A DNA stretch of 64,000 nt, taken from an uncultured Bacillales bacterium (GTDB lineage: Bacteria; Bacillota_I; Bacilli_A; RFN20; CAG-826). The stretch spans positions 30,146 through 94,145 of the forward strand of contig CAJJXG010000003.1 in the NCBI GenBank assembly GCA_905197045.1. Reading direction: 5' to 3'. A program made the translations under genes and the position numbers. Under the pieces are notes generated by a model. That model saw only the letters and a list, made by a program, of their open reading frames with translations. It made no database searches and had not been told where the DNA came from. Positions 47,909-55,815 of the stretch are shown piece after piece (position 1 is the stretch's first letter; the number at the start of each line of letters is the position of its first letter).

Positions 47909-49168
47909 TCAGATTTTTTCTAATCTATAAGGTAACATATCAATATTTATTTCGAAAAGTTTAACTTTTGATTTTGCTTCACTTGCAGTTAAAAGTCCAT
48001 AATCAGTAAACTCATTTAAAATCTTAAAAGCGCCTTGCTTAGTAATATCGTTTTTTATCCAAGAAGTAAAATCTTTATAAGTAAACTTGCCTTTTGAATT
48101 GACCATTATCTTCTTTAAATGTACTTTTTCGTTTTCTGTTAAAACAATATTTTTGTTTTTAAGTATTGTGTCTGCGTATTCAACATTTTTATAGCAATTA
48201 GTTTGATTGACTAAAATTTTAAAGATATAGATCAAAAAATAAGTTAAATCATTATTTGAGTCTCTCGTGTTTCTAAGAGCTTGATAATATTTGTTTTTTG
48301 TATCATCAATTGCTTCTGATAGAACAGGGACCATTAAAGAATTTGCTAATAAGCTTATCCAAAACGAAACCATTCTTGCTGTTCTCCCATTATAATCAAA
48401 GTAAGGATGAATATATACTATATAAAAATGAGCAATATTAGGCAAAACTACATTAGTCATACTATCGCCTTTAGATATTTCATTATTTACATACTCAAAA
48501 AGTGAGCCCATACAACTTTCGATTTTATCATGAGGACAACCGTTATAACTATCTACTTCAACTTCATCGTATCTATAGTACTCGCCTGACCTTAAGTTAT
48601 AATCATCTTCTAAACATCCTTCGCTAAGAATACAATATAGTTTAAATAAATTTTCTTTGTTAAATGTTGGCTTAGTCAAAACAAAATCAACTGCTTTAAC
48701 CATATTTTTTATAATATGATCATTTAGGTTTTGAGGTTGAATTTTTTCTCTTGTAAGTTCGTCAATCCTTTTTCTTGTTGAATTTACTGCCTCAATAGAC
48801 AATGTTCCTTCAATTTCAGAATAAATTCTAGAGCGTATTATTTCACTTTGATATCGAGTTGCAATCAAACTATTGTGCTTTTCGAAATCATGAGATATAG
48901 AATTTAAATAAAGTTGAAAATAGTCTAATAATTCTCTGCAATTAAAGTAAAATATGTTTTTTCCATCAAAAGTATTAAGTTTAATATCTTTTCGAAGTTG
49001 ATTAAAATTTATTGCTTCGTTTTTTTTATAAGTCAGAAAATTATTAAATTCTTCTACAGAAAAATTGAATCCATACCTTTGATTGTATAAGATGTCACTT
49101 TTCTCTAAATATTTTTCATGAATCATATAATTTAATAAAGATTCAAATTTTTCTAATTTGTCAACCAT
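47909..49168 (-). CDS. Fic family protein (Fic_N + Fic core + C-terminal wHTH-like region)
   Basis: Fic motif variant HPYFDYNGRTARM (canonical HPFx[DE]GNGRxxR). N-terminal SEIEGTLSIE segment. Confidence 0.8.
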   Translation of the reverse strand: MVDKLEKFESLLNYMIHEKYLEKSDILYNQRYGFNFSVEEFNNFLTYKKNEAINFNQLRKDIKLNTFDGKNIFYFNCRELLDYFQLYLNSISHDFEKHNSLIATRYQSEIIRSRIYSEIEGTLSIEAVNSTRKRIDELTREKIQPQNLNDHIIKNMVKAVDFVLTKPTFNKENLFKLYCILSEGCLEDDYNLRSGEYYRYDEVEVDSYNGCPHDKIESCMGSLFEYVNNEISKGDSMTNVVLPNIAHFYIVYIHPYFDYNGRTARMVSFWISLLANSLMVPVLSEAIDDTKNKYYQALRNTRDSNNDLTYFLIYIFKILVNQTNCYKNVEYADTILKNKNIVLTENEKVHLKKIMVNSKGKFTYKDFTSWIKNDITKQGAFKILNEFTDYGLLTASEAKSKVKLFEINIDMLPYRLEKI

Positions 49169-49193
49169 ATTGTAAACCTATTAATTTTCATTT

Positions 49194-49222
49194 ATTATAT
49201 AAGTTGTAAACAACATTGTAAA
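49194..49222 (-). promoter_or_regulatory. Sigma70-type promoter of the fic gene, embedded in three GTTTACAA direct repeats
   Basis: Minus strand: TTTACA (49222-49217), 17 nt spacer, TATAAT (49199-49194). GTTTACAA occurs at 49223-49216, 49211-49204 and 49177-49170, the last abutting the ATG. Confidence 0.5.
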
Positions 49223-49411
49223 CTAAATTATAAATTAATATTACTATTTAATATTCAACTAGCATTCCATATAAGCTATTATCTATATCCATAATCTCAG
49301 CCTTACCACTATTAATTTCCATAAATACTTCTCCAGCTATATAGAAGTTAGAGAAGATATCTTCTAATAATATGTAATAAGAAAATGCCGTTACATCAAA
49401 TTTATAAATTC

Positions 49412-50698
49412 TTATAAATAACTATAAAAATTATATTGATTTCTTGTTTCAACCTTACTGGTTGTTAAATGATTTACATAAAAATCATTTTCCAGAGCCG
49501 TTAAGTCCGCAAGCGTAAATTCGGCAGTAACTCTACCTATTTTTTCAATTAAATAATTATATAAGTTAGTGGCGGCATTAAAATCGCGGTCAATTGTTAC
49601 TTCGCAATACTCACAATTAAATTCTCGATTACTTAATTCTATTCGCGAATTATAAGCACCACAACATGAACAAGTTTTGGTACTAGGAAAAAATCTATCC
49701 GCCAACAGAAAATGTTTTCCTACCATATTACATTTTTCTTCCAACTTTTTTCTTAACATATAAAAAGAAACTTCGCTTATTGCTTTAGCTAAATGATGGT
49801 TTTTAAGTAGTCCTTTTACGTTTAAATCTTCCATACAAATATAATCAAAATTTTTAACAATTAGCGACGTCACTTTTTCAATAAAATCTTTTTTCATGTT
49901 GAAAACGCGTAAGTATTGTTTTTGTAAACGAAACGAAGCTTTTAAATAATTCTTAGACTTCTTAGTAGTGTCACCCTTGGTTCTTGGATGGACTTTTCTA
50001 TCAAGCTGTCTAGAAAATTTAATAAGCTTTTTACTTTCCTTTTTAATCAACTTTGGCATATGTAAATTAATTGGTACAGAAAGCGTTAAAGTTGATTTAA
50101 TGCCTAAATCAATTCCAACTGCTTTTTTAGTCAAATTTGCGAGTTTTGCTTTTGACTTCATTAATTCCTCTTCAGACATTTCAAAAGTAAAAGAAACAAA
50201 ATACAAGGAATAAATACGCGAAATTGTGCAAGATAAAATTTTAGCGTTATATTTTAATTTTTCTGTTAATTTAAGTGGTTTGTCAAGTAAAGGAATTTTT
50301 AAATATTGTTTATTTGAGTTAGGTTTTGTGAGAATTTTAATCTGATCGCCACCTATATAAAAACTTTCATGATTTGATTTCTTTTTAAAAGGAAGTTTAA
50401 TTGGCCTACCCTTTTTTCTATTTTTCCAAGCGTCTTTTATTGCTATATTTAAATTCAAAAAAGGTTGTTGAGTAGCATACTTTGTCACTTCATAAACAAA
50501 AGGAAATTGACTTGCTTTTAAAGCATTAAATTCCTTTTTTAAATCGTATCCATTTTTAAAAACACCTTCGCTAAGATTTTTGTTGTATTGTTCAGCGCCC
50601 CAATTATAAGCAAAGCGTTTACAGCCAAAACATTTTGCAAAGTACGTTTTTTGAAAATTATTCGGATTTAATTTCATTTTCTGCGAGATCTGTTTCAA
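49412..50698 (-). CDS. tnpB: TnpB (IS605/IS607 OrfB) RNA-guided endonuclease family protein, apparently intact
   Basis: RuvC triad context VGIDLGIKS (D), ICMEDLNVKG (E), DRDFNAATN (D). Zinc finger CSCCG...CEYCE. Overlaps tnpA by 41 nt. Confidence 0.85.
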   Translation of the reverse strand: MKQISQKMKLNPNNFQKTYFAKCFGCKRFAYNWGAEQYNKNLSEGVFKNGYDLKKEFNALKASQFPFVYEVTKYATQQPFLNLNIAIKDAWKNRKKGRPIKLPFKKKSNHESFYIGGDQIKILTKPNSNKQYLKIPLLDKPLKLTEKLKYNAKILSCTISRIYSLYFVSFTFEMSEEELMKSKAKLANLTKKAVGIDLGIKSTLTLSVPINLHMPKLIKKESKKLIKFSRQLDRKVHPRTKGDTTKKSKNYLKASFRLQKQYLRVFNMKKDFIEKVTSLIVKNFDYICMEDLNVKGLLKNHHLAKAISEVSFYMLRKKLEEKCNMVGKHFLLADRFFPSTKTCSCCGAYNSRIELSNREFNCEYCEVTIDRDFNAATNLYNYLIEKIGRVTAEFTLADLTALENDFYVNHLTTSKVETRNQYNFYSYL

Positions 50699-51329
50699 CT
50701 ACCTTCTCCAAGTCATTAATAAGTTTTTTATTCTTTTTGCTTCGACTACCATATAATCGTGCTGAAAAAACAGTAATTATTTCTAAAACATCTTTAGCCA
50801 ATTCTTCTTCAAATGATGGTGGTTCTTCGCCCTGATTAATTATGATAACTTCAACATTTTTTGCTTCACATATAGAAAACACTAATTCAGCTCCAAAACG
50901 TAAAAGCCTATCTTTATGTGTAAGAATTAATCTTTGAACTTGATTATCTAAAATTAAATCAATAAGTCTAGTAAGTCCTTTCTTATAATAATTCATTCCA
51001 GAGCCAATATCTTGTATAACTTCATATTTATAGCCATGTTTTGTGCAATAAAGCTCCAATAGTTGTACTTGTCTATTTAAATCTTGTTTTTGGTCGTGCG
51101 AAGAAACACGAGCATAAGCAATAGTTTTTAGATCATCTTTAGTGAAAATAATATTTCTATTAATATTTCTTAACGATTCTACTCTATAGCGTCTTGCTTT
51201 TCCTTTTGTAAGCTCATCTGGTTTTAATAGTCCTTTTTTATCCCAATTTCGAAGCGTTGTCGTCGTGACACCTAAAATTCTTGCCGCTTCACTTATGTTA
51301 ACTAATTTACTCATAATTAGTTTTAACAT
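50658..51329 (-). CDS. tnpA: IS607-family serine recombinase transposase (MerR-like HTH + resolvase catalytic domain)
   Basis: HTH VNISEAARILGVTTTTLRNWDKKGLLKP and catalytic YARVSSHDQKQDLNRQ. The true start may be MSKLVNI at 51314. Confidence 0.85.
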   Translation of the reverse strand: MLKLIMSKLVNISEAARILGVTTTTLRNWDKKGLLKPDELTKGKARRYRVESLRNINRNIIFTKDDLKTIAYARVSSHDQKQDLNRQVQLLELYCTKHGYKYEVIQDIGSGMNYYKKGLTRLIDLILDNQVQRLILTHKDRLLRFGAELVFSICEAKNVEVIIINQGEEPPSFEEELAKDVLEIITVFSARLYGSRSKKNKKLINDLEKVVETDLAENEIKSE

Positions 51330-51390
51330 AATTTATATAAAAATAAATAAATTTTTATAATTTTTTACAAAAAATATTTATCAGTTATTA

Positions 51391-51459
51391 ACCCAATTTC
51401 TCGGACAAATATCTTTCATTTTGAGACCATTGCTTTGTATCAAAATGTTAGTACAAATA
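51391..51459 (+). repeat. Island-associated repeat, copy C (left part), abutting the 3' end of tRNA-Leu
   Basis: acccaatttctcggacaaatatctttcattttgagaccattgctttgtatcaaaatgttagtacaaata aligns with copies A and B. Confidence 0.8.
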
Positions 51460-51548
51460 TGGTGGCGCAAAGAAGACTCGAACTTCCACGAACTTTTCAG
51501 TTCATCGGCTTCTGAGACCGATACGGCTACCGATTACGTCATTGCGCC
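51460..51548 (-). tRNA. tRNA-Leu (anticodon CAG), CCA encoded
   Basis: Reverse complement GGCGCAA-TG-ACG..GG..CGT-A-TCGGT-CTCAGAA-GCCGA-(long variable arm GAAC/GTTC)-GGAAG-TTCGAGT-CTTCT-TTGCGCC-ACCA. It has a 7-bp acceptor stem, a 7-nt anticodon loop with CAG, and a canonical T-loop. Confidence 0.85.
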
Positions 51549-51603
51549 ATTGCTAAAATTATGCCACTATCAAGTTAATTTTAAAATAACTATAATTTTA
51601 GAT

Positions 51604-52344
51604 ATGGATCAAAATGAATTAACTAAGATTAATGAACTTCAAAAATTAATCGACGAAGCTAAAAATATCGTTTTCTTTGGTGGCGCTGGAGTTTCAACAG
51701 AAAGCGGAATACCAGATTTTCGAAGCGAAAAAGGTTTATATAAACTCAAAAGTAAATATGATAAACCATATGAAGAAATGCTCTCGCACTCCTATTTCAT
51801 AAATCACGTCGATACTTTTTTTGAATTTTACCGTGAATTTATGATTAATCAAGATGCTTTACCTAATATAACTCACAAATATTTAGCAGATAAAGAAAAG
51901 AATGGCAAACATATCACGATAATTACTCAAAATATCGATGGACTTCATCAAAAAGCGGGTAGCAAAAATGTAGTCGAACTTCATGGCTCAATTCATAGAA
52001 ACTATTGCACTAATTGTGGTAGATTCTATAATCTTGATGAGTTTTTAAACCTTGCACCTAACGAACGCTGTCCTAAATGTAATGGAATCATTAAACCAGA
52101 TGTTGTTTTATATGAAGAACCATTAAATGATATGACAATTACTAAAGCTCTTATTGCTCTTCAAGAAGCTGATTTATTAATAATTGCTGGAACTTCATTA
52201 AATGTCTATCCTGCAAACGGATTAATTAGATACTTTTATGGAGATAATATTGTAATCATCAATAAAAGTGAATTACATATAGTACGTAAAGTAAAATTAA
52301 TTTTTAATGACAATATCGGTAGCGTATTTTCAAAACTAAAATAA
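51604..52344 (+). CDS. cobB: NAD-dependent protein deacylase, Sir2 family (CobB-like)
   Basis: GAGVSTESGIPDFRS, QNIDGLH, and Zn ribbon CTNCG...CPKCNG. Start moved to MDQNELTK (51604) because the upstream part of the track ORF overlaps the tRNA. Confidence 0.85.
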   Translation: MDQNELTKINELQKLIDEAKNIVFFGGAGVSTESGIPDFRSEKGLYKLKSKYDKPYEEMLSHSYFINHVDTFFEFYREFMINQDALPNITHKYLADKEKNGKHITIITQNIDGLHQKAGSKNVVELHGSIHRNYCTNCGRFYNLDEFLNLAPNERCPKCNGIIKPDVVLYEEPLNDMTITKALIALQEADLLIIAGTSLNVYPANGLIRYFYGDNIVIINKSELHIVRKVKLIFNDNIGSVFSKLK

Positions 52345-52564
52345 TCTTTATATAAATTAAAAAGGAATATTAGAGGGAAAATATTCTTTTTAATTTCACT
52401 TTTTCCATCTTTAAGTAAATAAATTACTTTTCATAATTTACTATCACCTCCTTTAAGGCTTTTTAGCCTTTCACTAATATAAAGGAGTTTATTTCATAAA
52501 ATTTAAAATAATTTTTAAAAAAATTAAAAAGATGAAAAATAATGAGGATTTGCAAGAAAATTAA

Positions 52565-52597
52565 GAAAAAATCCTGGGAATTATCCAGGAATTTTTC
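52565..52597 (-). terminator. Rho-independent terminator of the ABC importer operon
   Basis: Minus strand: aaaaattcctgg-ataattc-ccaggattttttctt. Confidence 0.65.
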
Positions 52598-52601
52598 TTA
52601 A

Positions 52602-53603
52602 TTATTTATCAAGTTTTAAGAATTCTCTTAATCTTTCAGTTTTTGGATTTTCGAATATCTCTTTTGGTGAACCACTTTCAACTACATAGCCATTTTCCAT
52701 AAAGACAACTTTATTAGAAACGTTTTTTGCAAAGTTCATTTCGTGAGTTACAACAATCATAGTCATACCTTTTTCAGCTAAACTTTTCATAACAGCTAAA
52801 ACTTCATCAACCATTTCCGGATCTAAAGCGCTAGTTGGTTCATCAAATAAAATAATTGAAGGGTTCATAGATAAAGTACGGGCAATCGCAACTCTTTGCT
52901 TTTGACCTCCACTTAACTCGGAAATTTTATAATTCATACGATCTTGCATATTAACACTTGTTAAATTTTTAATAGCAATCTCTTTGGCATCTTCATATTT
53001 TCTTTTTAAGACTTTAGTTTGAGCAAGGATACAATTATCTAAAACATTATAATTATTAAAAAGATTAAAGGATTGAAATACCATTCCGATATGAGTTCTA
53101 ATTTCATTAATCTCTTTTTGATTAATTGAAAAAGATGGAGAATTTTTAATCGCTTCTTCATAAGCTTCTTTATTGAAATAATCCTTTTTTAAAATTGGAT
53201 GTTTTCTAACTTCTTTAAACTCTTTTTGAGCTTTTTTACATTTTTCCTTAAATTCTTTGTTATTTTTATCTTCAATTAACTTATTTTTATAAATTGCATA
53301 ATTATCTTCTGTTTCAATAAGTCTTTCTTCATATTTTCTTAAATCTTCTTGATAAGATTTATAATCAACAAAATCATCTTTACACTTACTAACACTAAAA
53401 TAAATTTTATCTAAATAAGTTAACTTACCTCTTGTAGGTTCTTCTAAAAGATTTAAACATCTTAAAAAAGTTGATTTTCCACTACCGCTAGGTCCAATAA
53501 TTGATATAACATCTCCTTTATTAACCGATAAAGAGATATCTTTTAAAACCTGGGTTGGTCCAAAAAATTTAGCTAAGTTATCAATTTTTAATAAAGTTTC
53601 CAT
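52602..53603 (-). CDS. Polar amino-acid ABC transporter ATP-binding protein with a roughly 90-aa charged insertion
   Basis: Walker [11 protein letters not shown]-loop [10 protein letters not shown], signature [13 protein letters not shown], Walker [13 protein letters not shown]-loop VTHEM. It is 333 aa, against about 240-250 aa typical for this family. Confidence 0.85.
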   Translation of the reverse strand: METLLKIDNLAKFFGPTQVLKDISLSVNKGDVISIIGPSGSGKSTFLRCLNLLEEPTRGKLTYLDKIYFSVSKCKDDFVDYKSYQEDLRKYEERLIETEDNYAIYKNKLIEDKNNKEFKEKCKKAQKEFKEVRKHPILKKDYFNKEAYEEAIKNSPSFSINQKEINEIRTHIGMVFQSFNLFNNYNVLDNCILAQTKVLKRKYEDAKEIAIKNLTSVNMQDRMNYKISELSGGQKQRVAIARTLSMNPSIILFDEPTSALDPEMVDEVLAVMKSLAEKGMTMIVVTHEMNFAKNVSNKVVFMENGYVVESGSPKEIFENPKTERLREFLKLDK

Positions 53604-53605
53604 CT

Positions 53606-55282
53606 TTAAAAGACCTCCTTTTTTCTAGCCCATCTAAATGGATTAAGTGAAAATTTAACTCCATCTAATTTCTTTTCAACAAGTTTTAAGGCTCCGCTTG
53701 CAATTAAAGTTAAAACAAGATAAACAAGAGCAAGTATGATATAAGCATCTAAAAAAGCAAATGTAGTTGAAGCAATATTCATCATTCGATAATAAAGTTC
53801 AGTAACTGCAATAACATTTAAAACTGAAGAATCTTTAATATTTACGATGAGTTCATTACCAATTGTTGGAAGAGCATTTTTTAAAGCTTGAGGCAAAATA
53901 ATTGTCATTGAGGTTCTTGTTGAAGACATACCTAAACTTCTAGCGCCTTCTACTTGACCAATATCGACTCCATTTAAGCCGCTTCTTACAATTTCACCCA
54001 TATAAGCCGCGGTATTTAAAGTAATAACAATTAAACCAGCAATAAACCAGCCATTAAAGAAATTAGCAATTTCTCCTCCAAATATAATATTTCCCCAGTT
54101 TAAACCAATCGCTTGACAACCATATTTAAAGATTAATGCCTGGACCATCATTGGTGTTCCTCTTAAAACGGTTGAATAAATATTAGCTACTCCTAATGTT
54201 CCTCTTTTAACCCATTTAAGCCAAACTTTGTCGCTTTCTTTAACTTTAATATTTTTGCCATAAGCTATAAAGATACCTAAAACAAGACCAACTCCAGTTC
54301 CAAAAACTGCAAGAATAATTGTGTCAAGAATACCAGCTCCAATTAAATCAGAATTATCTCTAATTAAAGTCCACATATTTTGATTAGAAGTTGTTTCTCC
54401 ACTCTCATCAGCTGAAGCACTTCTTTGAGCAGCTTCTCCCATCATGATTCCACGATCTTCATTACTCAATTTAGCAAGTGAAGCATTAATTTCTTCTCTT
54501 AATTCATCATTGCCTTTTTTAATGCCAATTGAAACCGATAAACCTTCCTTATCAACATCACTTATAAAACTTTGATCAACATATAAAATTCCTAAATTAT
54601 TAGGAGCAATATTAACCATTGCTTCACAAACTGGAAGTTCAGCAGGCATTGCAAAAGAAACACCTTGATCAACATCCATCGCTGCAAGAGGATAAGTATT
54701 TGCTGGGTCATTATGTTGAATAGATGAATTTATTGAAGAAAAATAAGTTTCAATAAGATCATCACCAACAACTCCTCTTTGACAAATCAAGCTTTCTCCT
54801 TCAAAAAGAGCTAATAAATCTTCATAAGATAAAGGATTTTCTTCCGAATTGCCTTCTGGGATATTTTCTTTTTGAATAAGAAAAGCAAGATTACTTGTTA
54901 AATAAGGATCAGTAAAATCAATTTGCTCTCTTCTTTCAGCTGTTGAACTCATTCCAGCCAAAACCATATTGATATTACCAGCATTTAAATCGGTGATAAG
55001 ACTATCCCAAACAGTTCGTTTAATAATGACTTCTTTACCTAAATCTTCACTTAAGTATTTTGCAATTTGAATATCATAACCATCTGCAAATTCATTTGTA
55101 CCATCAATTGGTAAAGTGTATTCACTTTCACTTCTTGTAGTCCAGTTAAAAGGTTGATATCCACATTCCATTCCAATAACTAAACGAGAGTTATCAACAG
55201 TTGCTTCTGAGCAACTTGATAAAAACGAAAGACTAAATAAGCTTATAAATAAAGCAAAAAGTCCACAAAACCTCTTTTTCAT
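53606..55282 (-). CDS. Fused lipoprotein substrate-binding domain + permease of an amino-acid ABC importer (probable lysine uptake)
   Basis: Start at [24 protein letters not shown] (lipobox), preceded by AAGGAG. SBP-like N-terminal half and a C-terminal 5-6 TM permease with GARSLGMS...IILPQAL. A lysine riboswitch lies upstream. Confidence 0.8.
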   Translation of the reverse strand: MKKRFCGLFALFISLFSLSFLSSCSEATVDNSRLVIGMECGYQPFNWTTRSESEYTLPIDGTNEFADGYDIQIAKYLSEDLGKEVIIKRTVWDSLITDLNAGNINMVLAGMSSTAERREQIDFTDPYLTSNLAFLIQKENIPEGNSEENPLSYEDLLALFEGESLICQRGVVGDDLIETYFSSINSSIQHNDPANTYPLAAMDVDQGVSFAMPAELPVCEAMVNIAPNNLGILYVDQSFISDVDKEGLSVSIGIKKGNDELREEINASLAKLSNEDRGIMMGEAAQRSASADESGETTSNQNMWTLIRDNSDLIGAGILDTIILAVFGTGVGLVLGIFIAYGKNIKVKESDKVWLKWVKRGTLGVANIYSTVLRGTPMMVQALIFKYGCQAIGLNWGNIIFGGEIANFFNGWFIAGLIVITLNTAAYMGEIVRSGLNGVDIGQVEGARSLGMSSTRTSMTIILPQALKNALPTIGNELIVNIKDSSVLNVIAVTELYYRMMNIASTTFAFLDAYIILALVYLVLTLIASGALKLVEKKLDGVKFSLNPFRWARKKEVF

Positions 55283-55299
55283 ATTTTTGTGCTCCTTAA

Positions 55300-55510
55300 A
55301 TAAAAAAGATTGCATCGCTCGATGCAATCTCAATAATTCAAGTTACACCGATAGCGCCACTAGATAAATTTCTAGGAGTCTATTGGAATATTCTTCCATA
55401 GCCCAATCAACTTCTATGCCTAGAAAGTTGTTTCGGCAGTTATACCTTTCGCTTGTTTCTTAGAATGCCTTCTCCACAAGTTACTCTTTTAAACTGCGCC
55501 TCTATCAATC
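55300..55510 (-). promoter_or_regulatory. Lysine riboswitch (L-box) with intrinsic terminator expression platform
   Basis: The minus strand reads GATAGAGGCGCAGTTTAAAAGAGTAACTTGTGGAGAAGGC...GAAAGG...CTGCCGAAAC...TTGGGCTATGG...CTAGTGGCGCTATC. From memory, this follows block by block the B. subtilis lysC leader: GATAGAGGTGCGAACTTCAAGAGTATGCCTTTGGAGAAAG...GAAAGG..CGCCGAAG..CTGGCCGTG. A terminator agattgcatcg-ag-cgatgcaatct plus T6 follows at 55330-55301. Confidence 0.7.
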
Positions 55511-55520
55511 TTCGGCTATT

Positions 55521-55548
55521 AGTGTAAACTAAAACCTCTTTCTGTCAA
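55521..55548 (-). promoter_or_regulatory. Candidate sigma70 promoter driving the L-box leader
   Basis: TTGACA (55548-55543), 16 nt spacer, TACACT (55526-55521), about 10 nt upstream of the riboswitch 5' end. Confidence 0.4.
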
Positions 55549-55799
55549 TACTTAAATTTACATTTTTTTGAAAAATTCGGAAAATTTTACATTTCGTTTA
55601 CATTTTTTACGACTTTTATCGTATTTTTTTGGGTTTATACTAATTTTTGTTAATTATCACAATATTAAAATTTCTTAATTTAAGCCATTTTTAATTGACG
55701 AAAATTAATTTGTTTTTACAATTAAATTGTTTTTAAGACCGAATTTTTCATTCGTCGTGAAGAAAAATGAAGGTAAATTTAGGGAGGATTTTTACCATG

Positions 55800-55807
55800 A
55801 AAAAAAA
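55800..55807 (+). repeat. Poly(A)8 tract immediately after an ATG with a good RBS; frameshift point of the first lipoprotein gene
   Basis: AGGGAGG-N9-ATG(55797)-AAAAAAAA-G. With 8 A the ATG frame stops after 27 codons. With 7 A it reads MKKRWLMGTSFLALSLLVGCG in frame with ORF 55816..57834. Confidence 0.85.
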
Positions 55808-55815
55808 GATGGCTC

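Larger units (their letters stand above)
49231..51390 (-). mobile_element. IS607-type insertion sequence (tnpA-tnpB); ends not resolved
   Basis: Gene pair as above. The right end must lie between the fic promoter (49230) and the tnpB stop (49412). The left end lies between 51330 and the tRNA (51459). Confidence 0.6.

Noticed and set aside
51421-51603. N-terminal 61 codons of track ORF 51421..52344 (MRPLLCIKMLVQIWWRKEDSNFHELFSSSASETDTATDYVIAPLL...)
   Set aside because: This stretch is the antisense of a well-folding tRNA-Leu(CAG) at 51460-51548 plus repeat copy C. The Sir2 homology begins only after the Met at 51604.
51604-52344. Sir2 protein as an anti-phage defence effector (Thoeris, DSR or SIR2-HerA-like)
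   Set aside because: At 246 aa it has the complete sirtuin deacylase motifs and Zn ribbon, no fused sensor domain and no partner gene. It looks like an ordinary CobB-type deacylase.
55283-55333. Upstream extension of ORF 53606..55333 (MRLHRAMQSFLFKEHKN)
   Set aside because: It overlaps the riboswitch terminator hairpin. The downstream MKKRF... start has an AAGGAG RBS and begins a canonical lipoprotein signal.
55300-55510. T-box leader as an explanation for the structured region upstream of the amino-acid importer
   Set aside because: An AGAGTA-like element and a ...GTGGCGC... segment first suggested a T-box. However, there is no convincing specifier-loop/T-box (AAUUAGGGUGGUACCGCG-like) pair, and the sequence follows the L-box consensus block by block.
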